Of a stretch of 64,000 nt of DNA, positions 63,879 to 64,000 are shown in pieces. The stretch is from Pseudomonadota bacterium (GTDB lineage Bacteria; Pseudomonadota; Gammaproteobacteria; Burkholderiales; Gallionellaceae). The notes under the pieces are model-generated. The model made no database searches and was not told where the DNA came from. It worked only from the letters and a program-made list of their open reading frames with translations. Made by a program: the position numbers and the translations under genes. The DNA is taken from assembly GCA_021783995.1 (NCBI GenBank), contig JAJXTH010000005.1:12592-76591 (forward strand). Reading direction: 5' to 3'. Every line of letters starts with the position of its first letter. Positions within the stretch are counted from its first letter, which is position 1.

Positions 63879-64000
63879 TACATCTGCTCCAGTTTCTGCA
63901 GCATCTGATCCGATGCCGTGATGGCTTTGGAATTGATCTCATAGGCGCGCTGTGTCGCGATCATGTTGACCATCTCCTCGACCACATTGACGTTGGAAGT
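63878..64000 (-). CDS. flgG: Flagellar distal rod protein FlgG, C-terminal 40 codons (5' part beyond the window)
   Basis: Manual translation gives [40 protein letters not shown], then a stop codon. The TAATG overlaps the flgH start. Confidence 0.85.
   Translation of the reverse strand, partial: TSNVNVVEEMVNMIATQRAYEINSKAITASDQMLQKLEQM

Overview
This 64-kb chromosomal segment reads like a betaproteobacterium; that is inferred only from protein sequence flavour and synteny, with no search run.

Left part (1-28 kb), housekeeping and metal genes:
- a partial and a complete RhlE-type DEAD-box helicase gene flanking an arsR-arsC-acr3 cassette
- rep, galE, and gltX followed by tRNA-Ala(GGC) and tRNA-Glu(UUC)
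- a porin / half-size PBP-like / hybrid histidine kinase operon with a divergent stand-alone receiver
- a czcCBA-type heavy-metal RND efflux operon with a divergent OmpR-type two-component pair
- acnA, rimO, a brnT-brnA module and a ZIP metal transporter

Middle (28-34 kb):
- a tail-anchored Ser/Thr kinase divergent from a NarL-type regulator plus GGDEF cyclase
- two divergent ccdAB modules

Right half (34-64 kb), a flagellar region:
- sigma28 promoter, fliC, flaG, fliD, fliS, fliT
- a FliK-like / FlhB-C-terminal-like pair and ycgR
- fliE and fliFGHIJKLMNOPQR
- flgL, flgK, flgJ, flgI, flgH and the 3' end of flgG on the minus strand
- interruptions: a DUF559 remnant, an MNT/HEPN toxin-antitoxin module and a complete minCDE operon

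I saw no rRNA, CRISPR array, IS element or prophage.

Nothing here is demonstrably a new system from sequence alone. The observations most worth follow-up are:
1. A translationally coupled FliK-C-like plus stand-alone FlhB-CC-like pair, present in addition to the canonical fliK.
2. Two diverged, divergently arranged ccdAB pairs that share a repeated TATGCGCATA palindrome.
3. A tightly packed porin / half-PBP / unorthodox kinase operon.
4. Coordinated enlargement and internal domain repeats in the extracellular flagellar proteins: FliC 775 aa, FliD 670 aa, FlgK 923 aa.
5. Two toxin genes (brnT, HEPN) each broken by a single-nucleotide homopolymer frameshift while their antitoxin genes are intact.
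6. A roughly 57-nt intergenic element present twice in the flagellar region, with a compensatory stem change.

All coordinates and start choices are from manual reading, so alternative starts are flagged where relevant.
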